Assembly: GCF_000018105.1 (NCBI RefSeq)
Contig: NC_009928.1
Span: 60,001-92,000 of the forward strand
Origin: Acaryochloris marina MBIC11017
GTDB taxonomy: Bacteria; Cyanobacteriota; Cyanobacteriia; Thermosynechococcales; Thermosynechococcaceae
Direction of reading: 5' to 3'
Length of the DNA: 32,000 bases
Position numbers and translations under genes: made by a program. The notes below the pieces were generated by a model, which was not told the origin of the DNA, did not search any database, and saw only the letters and a list, made by a program, of their open reading frames with translations. Within the stretch, counting starts at the first letter, position 1; each line of letters starts with the position of its first letter. This document shows, in pieces, positions 1 to 8,416 of this stretch.

Positions 1-2
1 GC

Positions 3-371
3 GATTTTGACCGCGCTTTTCAAGCCTATGCCCAGCCTAACTTCCAATGGATTGTCTCCAGCAGTAGTAACGAGAGCTTAAGAGCAGCCATTCCCTGGGC
101 AGGTTACACCCACCAGGGTAAAGAAGGCTACATCCGTCTCGTGACGTTACTATTCTCGGAATTTGAAGTACTGACATTTGAACCGAGTCGCTACACCGAT
201 GCAGGCGATCGCGTTTTCGTCGAGGGCCATTTCACCTTCCGCCATCGTCAGACAGGCAAGATAGCCGACAGCGACTGGCTCGCTCGCTTCGATATGGAAG
301 ACGGTCGGATCACAGGCGGTCAATTTTACGAAAACACAGTAGGCGTAGCTGAGGCGCGCCGAGCAGCGTAG
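3..371 (+). CDS. SnoaL-like / NTF2-fold protein; 5' end lies outside the window
   Basis: Frame 3 is open from the window edge to TAG at 369-371. The translation (...WAGYTHQGKEGYIRLVTLLFSEFEVLTFEP...GDRVFVEGHFTFRHRQTGKIADSDWLARFDMEDGRITGGQFYENT) fits the SnoaL/ketosteroid-isomerase-like pattern. Listed ORF 141..371 is only its GTG-to-stop part. Confidence 0.5.
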   Translation, partial: DFDRAFQAYAQPNFQWIVSSSSNESLRAAIPWAGYTHQGKEGYIRLVTLLFSEFEVLTFEPSRYTDAGDRVFVEGHFTFRHRQTGKIADSDWLARFDMEDGRITGGQFYENTVGVAEARRAA

Positions 372-416
372 CCCATTCAAACCACCCGAGCACAAATTTA
401 CTTTTCAAGGAGAATC

Positions 417-1085
417 ATGATGAAAATTGGCATTATCAATGCAGGCAATATTGGTCGCACCCTTGCAAAGTCCTGGCATGAGGCAGGACACCAACTCAAG
501 TTGGCTAAAGCTGGTGACCAGACCAAGCTAGAGCATTTTCTTGAAACGATTGGAGGCGTAAAAGGCACGGCAAGAGAAGCTGCGGAGTTTGGCGATGTGG
601 CCCTATTCTCGGTGTACTGGCCTAACTTGGACGCAACCTTGGCTGAAGTGGGTGACCTGGCAGACAAGATTATCATCGATACGATGAATCCACTCAACGT
701 CACCGAACAGTTTGAACACTATCACGATCTGGAATTCATGCAGTCCAACTCAACGTCCGAAGAGTTGCAAAAACGCCTACCCAAAGCTCGTGTGGTCAAG
801 GCTTTTAGCACAATGCCATCGACTGTACTGGATGCCAACGAGTGGGCCAACAACCCAGTTAAGCCTGCTGTATTTGTCGCAGGCGATGACGAGCAAGCCA
901 AGGAAGTCGTGATGCAATTGGCTCGCGATGCGGGGTTCGAGCCCTTTGATGCTGGGGCACTCGCCACCAGCCGTAATATTGAGCAGGTGGGCATCTTGCT
1001 GCACCACATTGGCACCCATCAGTTTGGCGGCGACTATGGACGGTTAGCTCCCACAATTTTGCAAGCGCGTGAACTTGCCGCTTAA
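417..1085 (+). CDS. NAD(P)-binding oxidoreductase, NADPH-dependent F420 reductase-like
   Basis: 222-aa ORF with an N-terminal Rossmann motif (MKIGIINAGNIGRTLA). GGAG lies about 8 nt upstream. Length and pattern are typical of the Npd/ProC-like family. Confidence 0.6.
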   Translation: MMKIGIINAGNIGRTLAKSWHEAGHQLKLAKAGDQTKLEHFLETIGGVKGTAREAAEFGDVALFSVYWPNLDATLAEVGDLADKIIIDTMNPLNVTEQFEHYHDLEFMQSNSTSEELQKRLPKARVVKAFSTMPSTVLDANEWANNPVKPAVFVAGDDEQAKEVVMQLARDAGFEPFDAGALATSRNIEQVGILLHHIGTHQFGGDYGRLAPTILQARELAA

Positions 1086-1170
1086 TCGAAACTGTTGAGG
1101 TCACTAATATGTGGCCTCACCTCCCTTTTAAGCAGCTCATTCCAACAGAAAATTTTCAGGAGATTTTGCC

Positions 1171-2139
1171 ATGACAATCCAAACAATGATGCGTGCAATT
1201 CATATGACCAAGATTGGTGGCCCCGAAGTTCTTCAACTAGCGCATGCTCCTCGTTCTATCGCCCAAGCAAATGAGGCTTTAATTCGACTGAGCTATTCTG
1301 GGGTCAACTATAACGACGTCATGGTTCGCACCGATTTCTTTCGCCATCCCGGCGCTTCAGCCCCTGAACTACCGTTGATCTTGGGCGAAGAAGGTGCCGG
1401 AATTGTTGAAGCAGTGGGCTCTGATGATGACAATTTTACCCCTGGACAACGTGTTGGGTTCTTTTGGGATAAGACAAAAACCTATGCCGAATATGCGGCT
1501 GTCCCAGCGGAAAAACTTTTTGTCCTACCAGACGATATCTCGGAAGAGGTGGCTGTTGCTTTAATTCATTCTGGTTTGACGGCAAGGGCGTTGCTCTATG
1601 AATATCGTCCAATCGAGAAAGATATGCCCGTATTAATCACGGGTGCTAGCGGAAGTATTGGATCGGTTTTAGTCCCGTGGGCCAGCCAATTGGGCGCGAA
1701 AGTGATAGCTACGGTTACCTCTGTTGCTCAATCAGTTGGTTACAACAGGGTTAGTTGCATTACTACTCACCTATGTCGTGATGCCACAGCTAATGAAGCT
1801 CTTTCGTCGATGGCTATCGTCTTGACGATCACTCCATTCAATCAAATCCTCCATAAGTTTTCAATCGGTTCAAATCCCTTCACCGTATTCTCAAACATGG
1901 CTTCCACTCGTTCAAATCAACCTTATAAAAAGACTCAACCTGCTTCAATTAGCACCGATAAAGTGTTTCTAGCAAACCCTGCGCCATCTGATTTACCTTC
2001 AATAGTGGCCATCAAGCTAGCACCTCCAATCAACAGTAAATATTGCTGTGAAAATGCTTCAGGCTCCCGAACACCTGCTTCAGTCGCTAACCGCATAACA
2101 TACTGTCGAATCGATTCTCTCACACTCATCGAGATGTGA
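1171..2139 (+). pseudogene. Quinone oxidoreductase / MDR zinc-type alcohol dehydrogenase family; C-terminal half lost
   Basis: The first ~190 aa look like Qor (GVNYNDV, PLILGEEGAGIVEAVG, cofactor loop ITGASGSIGS..GAKVIATV). After about nt 1760 no family motifs remain, and the frame simply reads through antisense to the tetR gene (overlap 1935-2139). Confidence 0.5.
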
Positions 2140-2501
2140 TGGGCCGGATGAGAGGCATCTGCAATTTCCAAGACAACGTTGATGAACGGACATCCTCGGA
2201 AGTTTGGGTCAGCATACCACTCTTCAAGTACATCAAAGGTTGCTAGTAAACGGTCCTTCGCAGTATTACCCCGGTCTTCTACAGCCACTTCAAACCACTC
2301 TAGCCACTGCATGGCGCGATGCTTCATGACTGCTTCAATCAGTTCATCTTTTGAGGCAAACCAACGATAAAGCGTACGCTTGGCAACACCAGAGGTAGCA
2401 ATAACTTCATTGATACCAACATGCTGAGTCCCTTTCTGATAGAACAAATCAGAAGCTGTATTCAGAATCTTTCGCTGAGTTTCATTGAGTTTTTGATTCA
2501 T
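1935..2501 (-). CDS. TetR/AcrR family transcriptional regulator
   Basis: 188 aa with an ATG start and an N-terminal HTH (ILNTASDLFYQKGTQHVGINEVIATSGVAKRTLYRWFASKDELI). It is divergent from the AhpD-like gene. Confidence 0.85.
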   Translation of the reverse strand: MNQKLNETQRKILNTASDLFYQKGTQHVGINEVIATSGVAKRTLYRWFASKDELIEAVMKHRAMQWLEWFEVAVEDRGNTAKDRLLATFDVLEEWYADPNFRGCPFINVVLEIADASHPAHHISMSVRESIRQYVMRLATEAGVREPEAFSQQYLLLIGGASLMATIEGKSDGAGFARNTLSVLIEAG

Positions 2502-2513
2502 TTCTGATTAAGT

Positions 2514-2573
2514 AGACAAGTTTGTCTCCATAGAGTTACGATATCACCAACCGCAGGGAGACAGACTTGTCTC
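2514..2573. promoter_or_regulatory. Two related palindromes in the tetR / CMD-like divergent intergenic region; candidate TetR operators
   Basis: AGACAA-GT-TTGTCT at 2514-2527 and GAGACA-GACT-TGTCTC at 2558-2573 share the half-site GACAnnnnTGTC. They lie between the two divergent start codons. Confidence 0.35.
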
Positions 2574-2602
2574 TCAATAGCTATAGTTGTGAAACTGAAC
2601 TT

Positions 2603-3160
2603 ATGGACTTCAAAATTTACACCCTTGAGACAGCTCCAGATGAGTCTAAGGGAGCACTCCAACAGGCTGAACAAACGTTCAAATTTATCCCAAATCTGGA
2701 AGGAATCCTTGCAGAATCTCCAGCTACCTTAAAAAGTGGTATGGCCCTTTGGGATCTATTCGAGACAACCAGTTTTACTCCCATTGAGCAACAAGTTATT
2801 TATCTCACTGCTAACTATGAGCACGAATGTAGTTATTGCGTGGCTGCACACTCTGGTTTAGCCAAGATGGTTGGAATGTCTGCAGAAGATATTGAGGCAA
2901 TTCGCAATGGCAAACCCCTAATAGACCAAAAGTTGCAGGCACTACGACATTTCACCAAAAGAATGATTTCAGAAAGAGGTTGGGTAGGTGATGAGGAGAT
3001 TGAAGAATTTTTGGCAGCAGGGTATACCCGGCAACAAATTTTAGAAGTGATTTTAGGTATTGCCGTAAAAGTCATTCACAATTACACAAATCATATTGCT
3101 AAAACTCCTTTAGATAAGGCTTTTCAGCCCTATACATGGTCAAAGCCTTCTGTCCCTTAG
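2603..3160 (+). CDS. Carboxymuconolactone decarboxylase / AhpD-like (alkylhydroperoxidase domain) protein
   Basis: Contains the AhpD-type motif ECSYCVAAH and the typical context NLEGILAESPATLK...YLTANYEHECSYC. I place the start at ATG 2603 (MDFKIY) rather than the upstream TTG at 2567. Confidence 0.8.
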   Translation: MDFKIYTLETAPDESKGALQQAEQTFKFIPNLEGILAESPATLKSGMALWDLFETTSFTPIEQQVIYLTANYEHECSYCVAAHSGLAKMVGMSAEDIEAIRNGKPLIDQKLQALRHFTKRMISERGWVGDEEIEEFLAAGYTRQQILEVILGIAVKVIHNYTNHIAKTPLDKAFQPYTWSKPSVP

Positions 3161-3194
3161 AAAGCCATCAACATAACATGCTATATGATGCAGT

Positions 3195-3340
3195 TTGTTG
3201 AATTAGAAACCCCAATCTTTAACCTCAACCCCAGCCCCCCGACTGCCCAATCCTGACACTCCAATTCCCAAGCTCTCAGATCAGACAGCATTTCCCGAAA
3301 AGTACCTGAAAGCACATGGCAAAATAAGCGGGAGCCAGGA
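3195..3340 (+). repeat. Degenerate third copy of the 5' segment of the 7480..8097 gene
   Basis: ACCCCAATCTTTAACCTCAACCCCAGCC...AGACAGCATTTCCCGAAAAGTACCTGAAAGCAC...AAGCGGGAGCCAGG aligns with ACTCCCCCAATCGTCGCCCTCAACCCCAAGCC...GGACAGCATTTCCTAAGGAAACACCGGAAGGCAC...AAGCGAGAACAAGG at 7483-7640. There is no start codon and no ORF. Confidence 0.35.
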
Positions 3341-3504
3341 TCTGCAAAGTGGAAAAGAACAATCGAAATTCACGGCTATCTTCCAGACCACTCCAAAATT
3401 ATTTATACAATGTCCCTTTTAATGAACGCATGCTGGTCAGGGTATCTTTGAATTCAGTTCAGATTTGTCCACCTCTTATAAAAGTCTGATTAATCGATTT
3501 TTTG

Positions 3505-4314
3505 CTACCTTAGTTCAAAGTAACGGTTCCAAATCTGATTCAAGGCAAGATGGATAAATATTGAAGTGGTCTTAACATGTTTTTTCCAAAACTTTGTCGG
3601 TTCTTGAAAGAACCTATAGATCCACTCAAAACCTATTTCCTTCATCCAAGTGGGTACGCTGGAATTCAAACCTGCATAAGCTGGAAAGGCTCCACCAACA
3701 CCGATCATGACTGCCTCAATCTGATTCTTATGTTCAGCCATCCAATATTCTTGTTTAGGAGAGCTATAGGCAACCATCACCAGCCCTGCACCACTGTGTT
3801 TAATCCGCTGTATCAGCTTTTGCCTTTGATCTAGTGTTAAGGGTCGAATAGGTAAAGGTTCCATTCCTGCAATCAGCAGCTCTGGAAAATCTTGTGCAAG
3901 TCGATGTCTCATCTTTTGCAGTATCAGGGACTGTGAACCTAGAAAGAAAATGCTGACCTTCTGCTGAGAAGCTTTCTGACAAAGGCATTGCATTAAATTT
4001 AAGCTCGTTACTATTTCTTGTGTTTTCACTCCCATTCTCTTCAGCAGCCACACCAATGGCATAGCATTTGGTGTGACTATGTCAGAATCTTTCAGCACTT
4101 CACCAAAGCTAGGTTTTTGATGAGCATCAACTAGCATATGAGTATTTGCAATGCAGACCATTTTACTTTTGTGTTGCTTTGCCCAAACTAGGATTACATT
4201 AACCAGCACATCAATAGGGGCTGCAGTGATGAGAGAGCCAATGACATCTATTCGAAGTGGTTCAATATCAGTTGAGAATAGCTCTGAATTAGGATCTTTG
4301 GCTAGCATTTCCAT
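3505..4314 (-). CDS. WecB/TagA/CpsF-family (GT26) glycosyltransferase
   Basis: Family pattern ...VSIFFLGSQ..., SGAGLVMVAYSSPKQEYWM, VGGAFPAYAG..S.VPTWMKEIGFEWIYRFFQEP. Start chosen at ATG 4314 (or 4308), preceded by GAAGGAG. The listed TTG at 4404 is less likely. Confidence 0.75.
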   Translation of the reverse strand: MEMLAKDPNSELFSTDIEPLRIDVIGSLITAAPIDVLVNVILVWAKQHKSKMVCIANTHMLVDAHQKPSFGEVLKDSDIVTPNAMPLVWLLKRMGVKTQEIVTSLNLMQCLCQKASQQKVSIFFLGSQSLILQKMRHRLAQDFPELLIAGMEPLPIRPLTLDQRQKLIQRIKHSGAGLVMVAYSSPKQEYWMAEHKNQIEAVMIGVGGAFPAYAGLNSSVPTWMKEIGFEWIYRFFQEPTKFWKKHVKTTSIFIHLALNQIWNRYFELR

Positions 4315-5287
4315 AGACTCCTTCAAATAAAAAGTAGGTAAAGAAGCTACTTGGGAGGAAGGGATAAAAGCTGTAGCACTTTCTACTAATAGAGCAATAA
4401 GCAAAATTGAGGATTAAAGCTTGGCTCTATTTCCCAGTGATATTAGCGACCTCAAGAAGAAGAATATTTTTAAATGCTTAGCATGTCAGTCTAAAACGGC
4501 AAGGAAAAAGTGAAAATTATATAGAAGTCAGTGATACGCTATATGGAAAAATATGTAAATAAGTAGAATATAAAGATATAAAATTTATTCTCTCAATATA
4601 CATAAATAATTTTAAATCATATTCTTATGAATAAGCTTATTCAGCTAGTGATCTAAATATAGACACCAGTTAGAATTCTTGCTAGATTGAGATTTATCCC
4701 AATAGAGTAGTCAGTAGCTAAGTTAATTTACGTTTTTTTCTTCATGATTTTAGCTTTTTCATTCTGTTATAAAAATAGATAAATGGAGAATTGTTAAAAA
4801 GATTTGTAGACTTTTTAGATAGTCAGTATTTAGCAAGTATAAAGACAGATAACTAGGGATTGATTAAAGTCGGTTTAACTAAGAAATTATCTCATAGACT
4901 TTATCTTATAGAATTGCTTAAAAGGTACAGTAGCTCATAATAATCCCAATCTTAAACCTTGGTTAAAGAGTAAGTGATGTTTATTAGTAAAGACCTCGTT
5001 CTTTCTCAACTTTGAAGTCTCTGCATTAGAATAACCGCAAGTCTGCATCAATGGAGCTTCCTCCATGCTCTCTGTGACTATCGAAAAGCTCAAAATAGAT
5101 TTGACATTCTCGCGTGTTGACCGCAAGATAGGATACCCAGCCTTAAGTGCATGCGCTCAATATCGAGCAAACTATAGGGTCGAAGAAAGTTGTTCGACAC
5201 TAACTGGTTTGATCAAAGAGGGCGTCAATTTTCGTGCTTATTTTTTTGTATATAGACCATCGATACCGACCTCACTGTTGTTCAAGG

Positions 5288-5512
5288 ATGACCGAATTTA
5301 TGTCTACGACGATTAGCATTCTGGCTGATATCCCTGAGGAGCTTCATGAGACGTTGATAAATTACTTGGAAGACCATCCTGATTGGGATCAAGATCGGGT
5401 TTTCTCAGCGGCACTATCATTATTTCTGATGCAGTACGGTCAATCAGACCGTAGGACAGCTCGTGTTTATCTGGATAGTCTATTTAAGAAAGATTTGCCA
5501 ACCGCTTGTTAA
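5288..5512 (+). CDS. Small cyanobacterial protein, DUF2811-like
   Basis: SILADIPEELHETLINYLEDHPDWDQDRVFSAALSLFLMQ matches my memory of the HPxWDQxR..AAL..FL.Q pattern of this family. Its stop TAA (5510-5512) overlaps the next ATG (TAATG). Confidence 0.55.
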   Translation: MTEFMSTTISILADIPEELHETLINYLEDHPDWDQDRVFSAALSLFLMQYGQSDRRTARVYLDSLFKKDLPTAC

Positions 5513-5923
5513 TGCCGACCCCCCAGCCAATCTCCAGTCTAACCATCCACCTCACCCCTGAACACCTTGGCTTCCTCGCCTATCTCTACCCCAAAGAAGA
5601 TCCAGAAGACGCACTGATCAAGCTCCTCGATAGTGCCCGAACCCGAGCCATTCGCAGAGCAGAACAGCAAGTGAGAGTCCTACACCTAGACCAGGAGCAA
5701 GCCGAGGACCAGGAGGAAGACCCAGAGGAATCCGTGAGCTTGTCTGCCGATGTGGTGGAGAATCCGATTGGAGCATTACAGGAGTTATGCCAGCGTCAGC
5801 AAATCTCTATGCCCAGGTATGAGTTCGAGGTAATACCGGAAGGATTTCGCTGTTTGGTGCTGGCGATGGGATTGCGGGGAGTTGGTGAGGGGCGGTCGAA
5901 GAAGCAGGCGAAGGTGATGGCTG
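5512..5923 (+). pseudogene. Stand-alone double-stranded-RNA-binding-domain (dsRBD) protein, 5' part, interrupted by an IS1-family element
   Basis: The C-terminal part NPIGALQELCQRQQISMPRYEFEVIPEGFRCLVLAMGLRGVGEGRSKKQAKVMA is a dsRBD up to its last helix. The frame then runs into the IS inverted repeat. Confidence 0.7.
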
Positions 5924-6991
5924 GGCACTGTTCATTTAAGAAGTGACTGCTAGGATAATTCTGCAGTATCAGTTTCAGAGCAATGCAATGTATCCATTGT
6001 CAAAGCGAGAATGTTGTTAAGAATGGAACTAAGACGCTGAAAACAGCTCAAGTGGTTCAGTACTTTCTGTGCAAAGACTGTGGTCGTCGCTTCAACGAGC
6101 GTAGTGGGACACCGATGGCGAGATTGAGAACGCCAGTAGAGACGATATCAATGGCCATCAATGCCCGCACTGAAGGTCTAGGGATTAGAGCCGCAGGGAG
6201 AGTACTTGGGAAATCTCCCACCAGTATTCTCCTTTGGGAGAAGCGTTTATCCGCACAATTATCAAATTTCTCTCCTCCTTCTCCAAAAGAAGCTGAGGTC
6301 ACAATTAAAGGAGATGAAGTGTACACCCGCGTGGGTAAAAATCTTCCCCCCCTGGCTCAGTGAAGGTTGGACTATTCATTTCATCGACCGTGAGAGTCGC
6401 TATTGGTTCGAGGCTCGCGCGGGTCTTAAGGATGAATCATTATTTGAGAAAAGTGTCAAAGCTGCTTGGGATTGGGCTAAACCCAGTTCATCGATTCGTT
6501 GGTTCACAGATGGAGAACGTCGATACTCCAAGGTATTGTGGAAGCTAGCGAGTGCCTACTTGCCCAGGAGTACCACGACCCAGGCCTATCCTTTTCGCAA
6601 AATATGGCGAGCGGGTTTAGAGGTGGCGATGAAGCTCAAAGGGTCTCAAGGAAAACCTCGGGTAGTGTGGGTTAATCGAGAGCATCCTTATACGGCCATT
6701 AGCCCCAAGAGCGATGTCCATGCCAATCATCTTGAAGCCCTCCACAGTTCTTTGAGACGACGGGCTAGCAGTTATCGTAGACGCCAGAATCACTATGCCA
6801 AAACTGTTGAGGGATTACAAAGAGCCCTGAACGTGCAGCGATTGATTCACAATTGGTGTCGTTCTCACTACAGCCATGGATACCAGCGAACCCCAGCAAT
6901 GGTGATGGGATTTATACAAAGGCCCGTTAAGATTGGCGAAGTGTTAACAGTCAGAGCTTTTGAATGCCTCACTTCTTAACTGAACAGTGCC
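5924..6991 (+). mobile_element. IS1-family insertion sequence (1068 bp)
   Basis: Terminal inverted repeats are GGCACTGTTCATTTAAGAAGTGA (5924-5946) and the reverse complement of 6969-6991, GGCACTGTTCAGTTAAGAAGTGA (22/23 match). A perfect 8-bp target duplication GATGGCTG lies at 5916-5923 and 6992-6999. The transposase has InsA/InsB-like organisation. Confidence 0.85.
5983..6979 (+). CDS. IS1-family transposase in two frames (InsA-like plus InsB-like), joined at a C7 run
   Basis: Frame 1 (5983..6363) has a zinc finger (CIHCQS..CKDCGRRF), an HTH and GDEVYT. Frame 2 continues WLSEGWTIHFIDRESRYW...FTDGERRY to 6979. The frames meet in a run of 7 C at 6346-6352. Six C would give one continuous ORF, so a +1 shift, not the classical IS1 -1 shift, is needed. 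Confidence 0.8.
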
Positions 6992-6999
6992 GATGGCTG

Positions 7000-7061
7000 C
7001 GGAGGAGCTGTTGAAGAGAGCATCAGAAGGTCGATGTCACATTTCACCATCTAAAAGCTAA
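7000..7061 (+). pseudogene. 3' remnant of the dsRBD gene
   Basis: After removing the IS and one target-duplication copy, the frame continues ...KKQAKVMA|AEELLKRASEGRCHISPSKS* (stop 7059-7061). This completes the consensus last helix of a dsRBD (SKKxAKxxAAxxLL). Confidence 0.65.
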
Positions 7062-7173
7062 GGATGCGATTTTGAAGTGATGTGAACATTAAATTTATTT
7101 TTCGATTAAAGAAAAGTAAATTCCTTCATGGAAGAATTAAGACATACCACTGAGCAAGTAATAGCATCATTCT

Positions 7174-7452
7174 GTGAACAATTTAGTCATATTCCCAGGA
7201 CAATCTTCATCTGAAATATATTTGTCGAATCCGAGTTCTTTTAGGGAGGCTAAAGAAGCGGCACATTGCCTGAAGAACGGACAACTGCTACTCGTCAATT
7301 TAGAAAACCTACCTCCAAAGTCGGCCCAGAGGATAAGTGATTATCTAGCAGGTTGTACTAACTCTTTATGTGGTGAATATACAGAAGTAGGAAATGGTGT
7401 TTATCTGTTTGCTCCTCAAACTTTTCCAATTGTGAAACAATCCAAGTATTGA
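7174..7452 (+). CDS. Short SepF-like (DUF552) protein lacking the N-terminal region
   Basis: IYLSNPSSFREAKEAAHCLKNGQLLLVNLENLPPKSAQRISDYLAGCTNSLCGEYTEVGNGVYLFAPQTF aligns along its length with the SepF C-terminal domain (..P..y.ea.ei...lk....vvvNL......qAkRivDFlsG...a..G....ig...Fl.tP). GTG start, with an in-frame stop at 7162. Confidence 0.65.
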   Translation: MNNLVIFPGQSSSEIYLSNPSSFREAKEAAHCLKNGQLLLVNLENLPPKSAQRISDYLAGCTNSLCGEYTEVGNGVYLFAPQTFPIVKQSKY

Positions 7453-7479
7453 GACTTTAGTGAATTTGAGAATTCCGCA

Positions 7480-8097
7480 ATGACTCCCCCAATCGTCGCC
7501 CTCAACCCCAAGCCTATCCCTCAGACCATCCCACAACTACCTAAGTCCGTCCCTTCCTCCCTCAAACTGGTTAGTAGGACAGCATTTCCTAAGGAAACAC
7601 CGGAAGGCACCCGGCCACCCAAGCGAGAACAAGGGTATGGAGAGCTGGGAGGAATACGCCGGAGTTCTAGACGAGCTTCCCAGACAACCAGACTAAAGAA
7701 AGTACCTCATTCGACATCCTCTGAAACCCTCCAGGTCAATCAACCGCGAACTTCTAGAGAATCAGCAGAGCTGGAGAGGCGATTCAGGAATCTGGAGCTG
7801 CGCCAGAAGAATCTAGTTGAGCAAGTCAGTAAGAGAGGGGAGCTGGAGTATCTGGCTGTTGCCAAGAATGGGGCTGGACGATACTGGATTACCGTGGCAG
7901 GGACGGGGAAGCCTTTTATGAGGGAATCGTTTGCTACACCTGGGTTCTGTTGGGAGTGTGCCGTTGAGATTGAGGCGAACTTTGAGATCCTTCAGGTGAT
8001 AGAGCTACGGCCACCGGAGACTATCGAGCGGATTGAAGAGATGGTCCAGGCGGTGTTGGAGCGGGAGCGGGTTGCGGAGAGCTGGGGTTGGGGGTGA
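7480..8097 (+). CDS. Hypothetical protein with a Pro/Arg-rich N-terminus and an unassigned C-terminal domain
   Basis: 205-aa ORF with an ATG start, 27 nt after the SepF-like gene. No motif recognised. Its first ~260 nt recur at 21516-21732 and, degraded, at 3195-3340. Confidence 0.55.
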   Translation: MTPPIVALNPKPIPQTIPQLPKSVPSSLKLVSRTAFPKETPEGTRPPKREQGYGELGGIRRSSRRASQTTRLKKVPHSTSSETLQVNQPRTSRESAELERRFRNLELRQKNLVEQVSKRGELEYLAVAKNGAGRYWITVAGTGKPFMRESFATPGFCWECAVEIEANFEILQVIELRPPETIERIEEMVQAVLERERVAESWGWG

Positions 8098-8416
8098 CAC
8101 CGGTCTCTGCTGTTTTGTTCTTGGATACTTCATCGGGCTGAGTATCTGCTCTTTCCAGGACAAATCCTCAATTCAGAGTAATTCTGGGTGAAAGATGGAG
8201 GTGTTCTTGAAGGCTAATGTAACTGTGACACAGAAGATTATTGGATGTCAACCCCATAGGCGATGTCGCGACAACCACAAGGCGGATCAACCCCCAAATT
8301 TGAACCGTATTATTTGGCGTACACTCCCTTTGCGTTAGCTCTTTTTCAGACCTCATACGATACCTTCAGAACAAAACGACAACCCGTGATCGAAATGACA
8401 ACCAGTGATCGCTCGA

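Noticed and set aside
205-212. HIP1 palindrome GCGATCGC as a repeat family.
   Set aside because: I saw only one exact copy in 32 kb. It supports cyanobacterial origin at most weakly and is not a feature in itself.
150-1104. Several 60-100 aa ORFs antisense to or out of frame with the SnoaL-like and reductase genes (150..395, 398..703, 712..912, 722..1015, 777..1019, 859..1104).
   Set aside because: They overlap better-supported genes, carry no motifs, and are the typical shadow ORFs of moderately GC-rich coding DNA. The same applies to 8730..9095, 14460..15158, 16513..16824, 19202..19731 and 31112..31413.
4935-5316. ORFs 4935..5126 (-) and 5065..5316 (+) in the AT-rich block.
   Set aside because: They are low-complexity, overlap each other, and have no SD sequence or motifs. 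The plus ORF runs into the better-supported DUF2811-like frame region.
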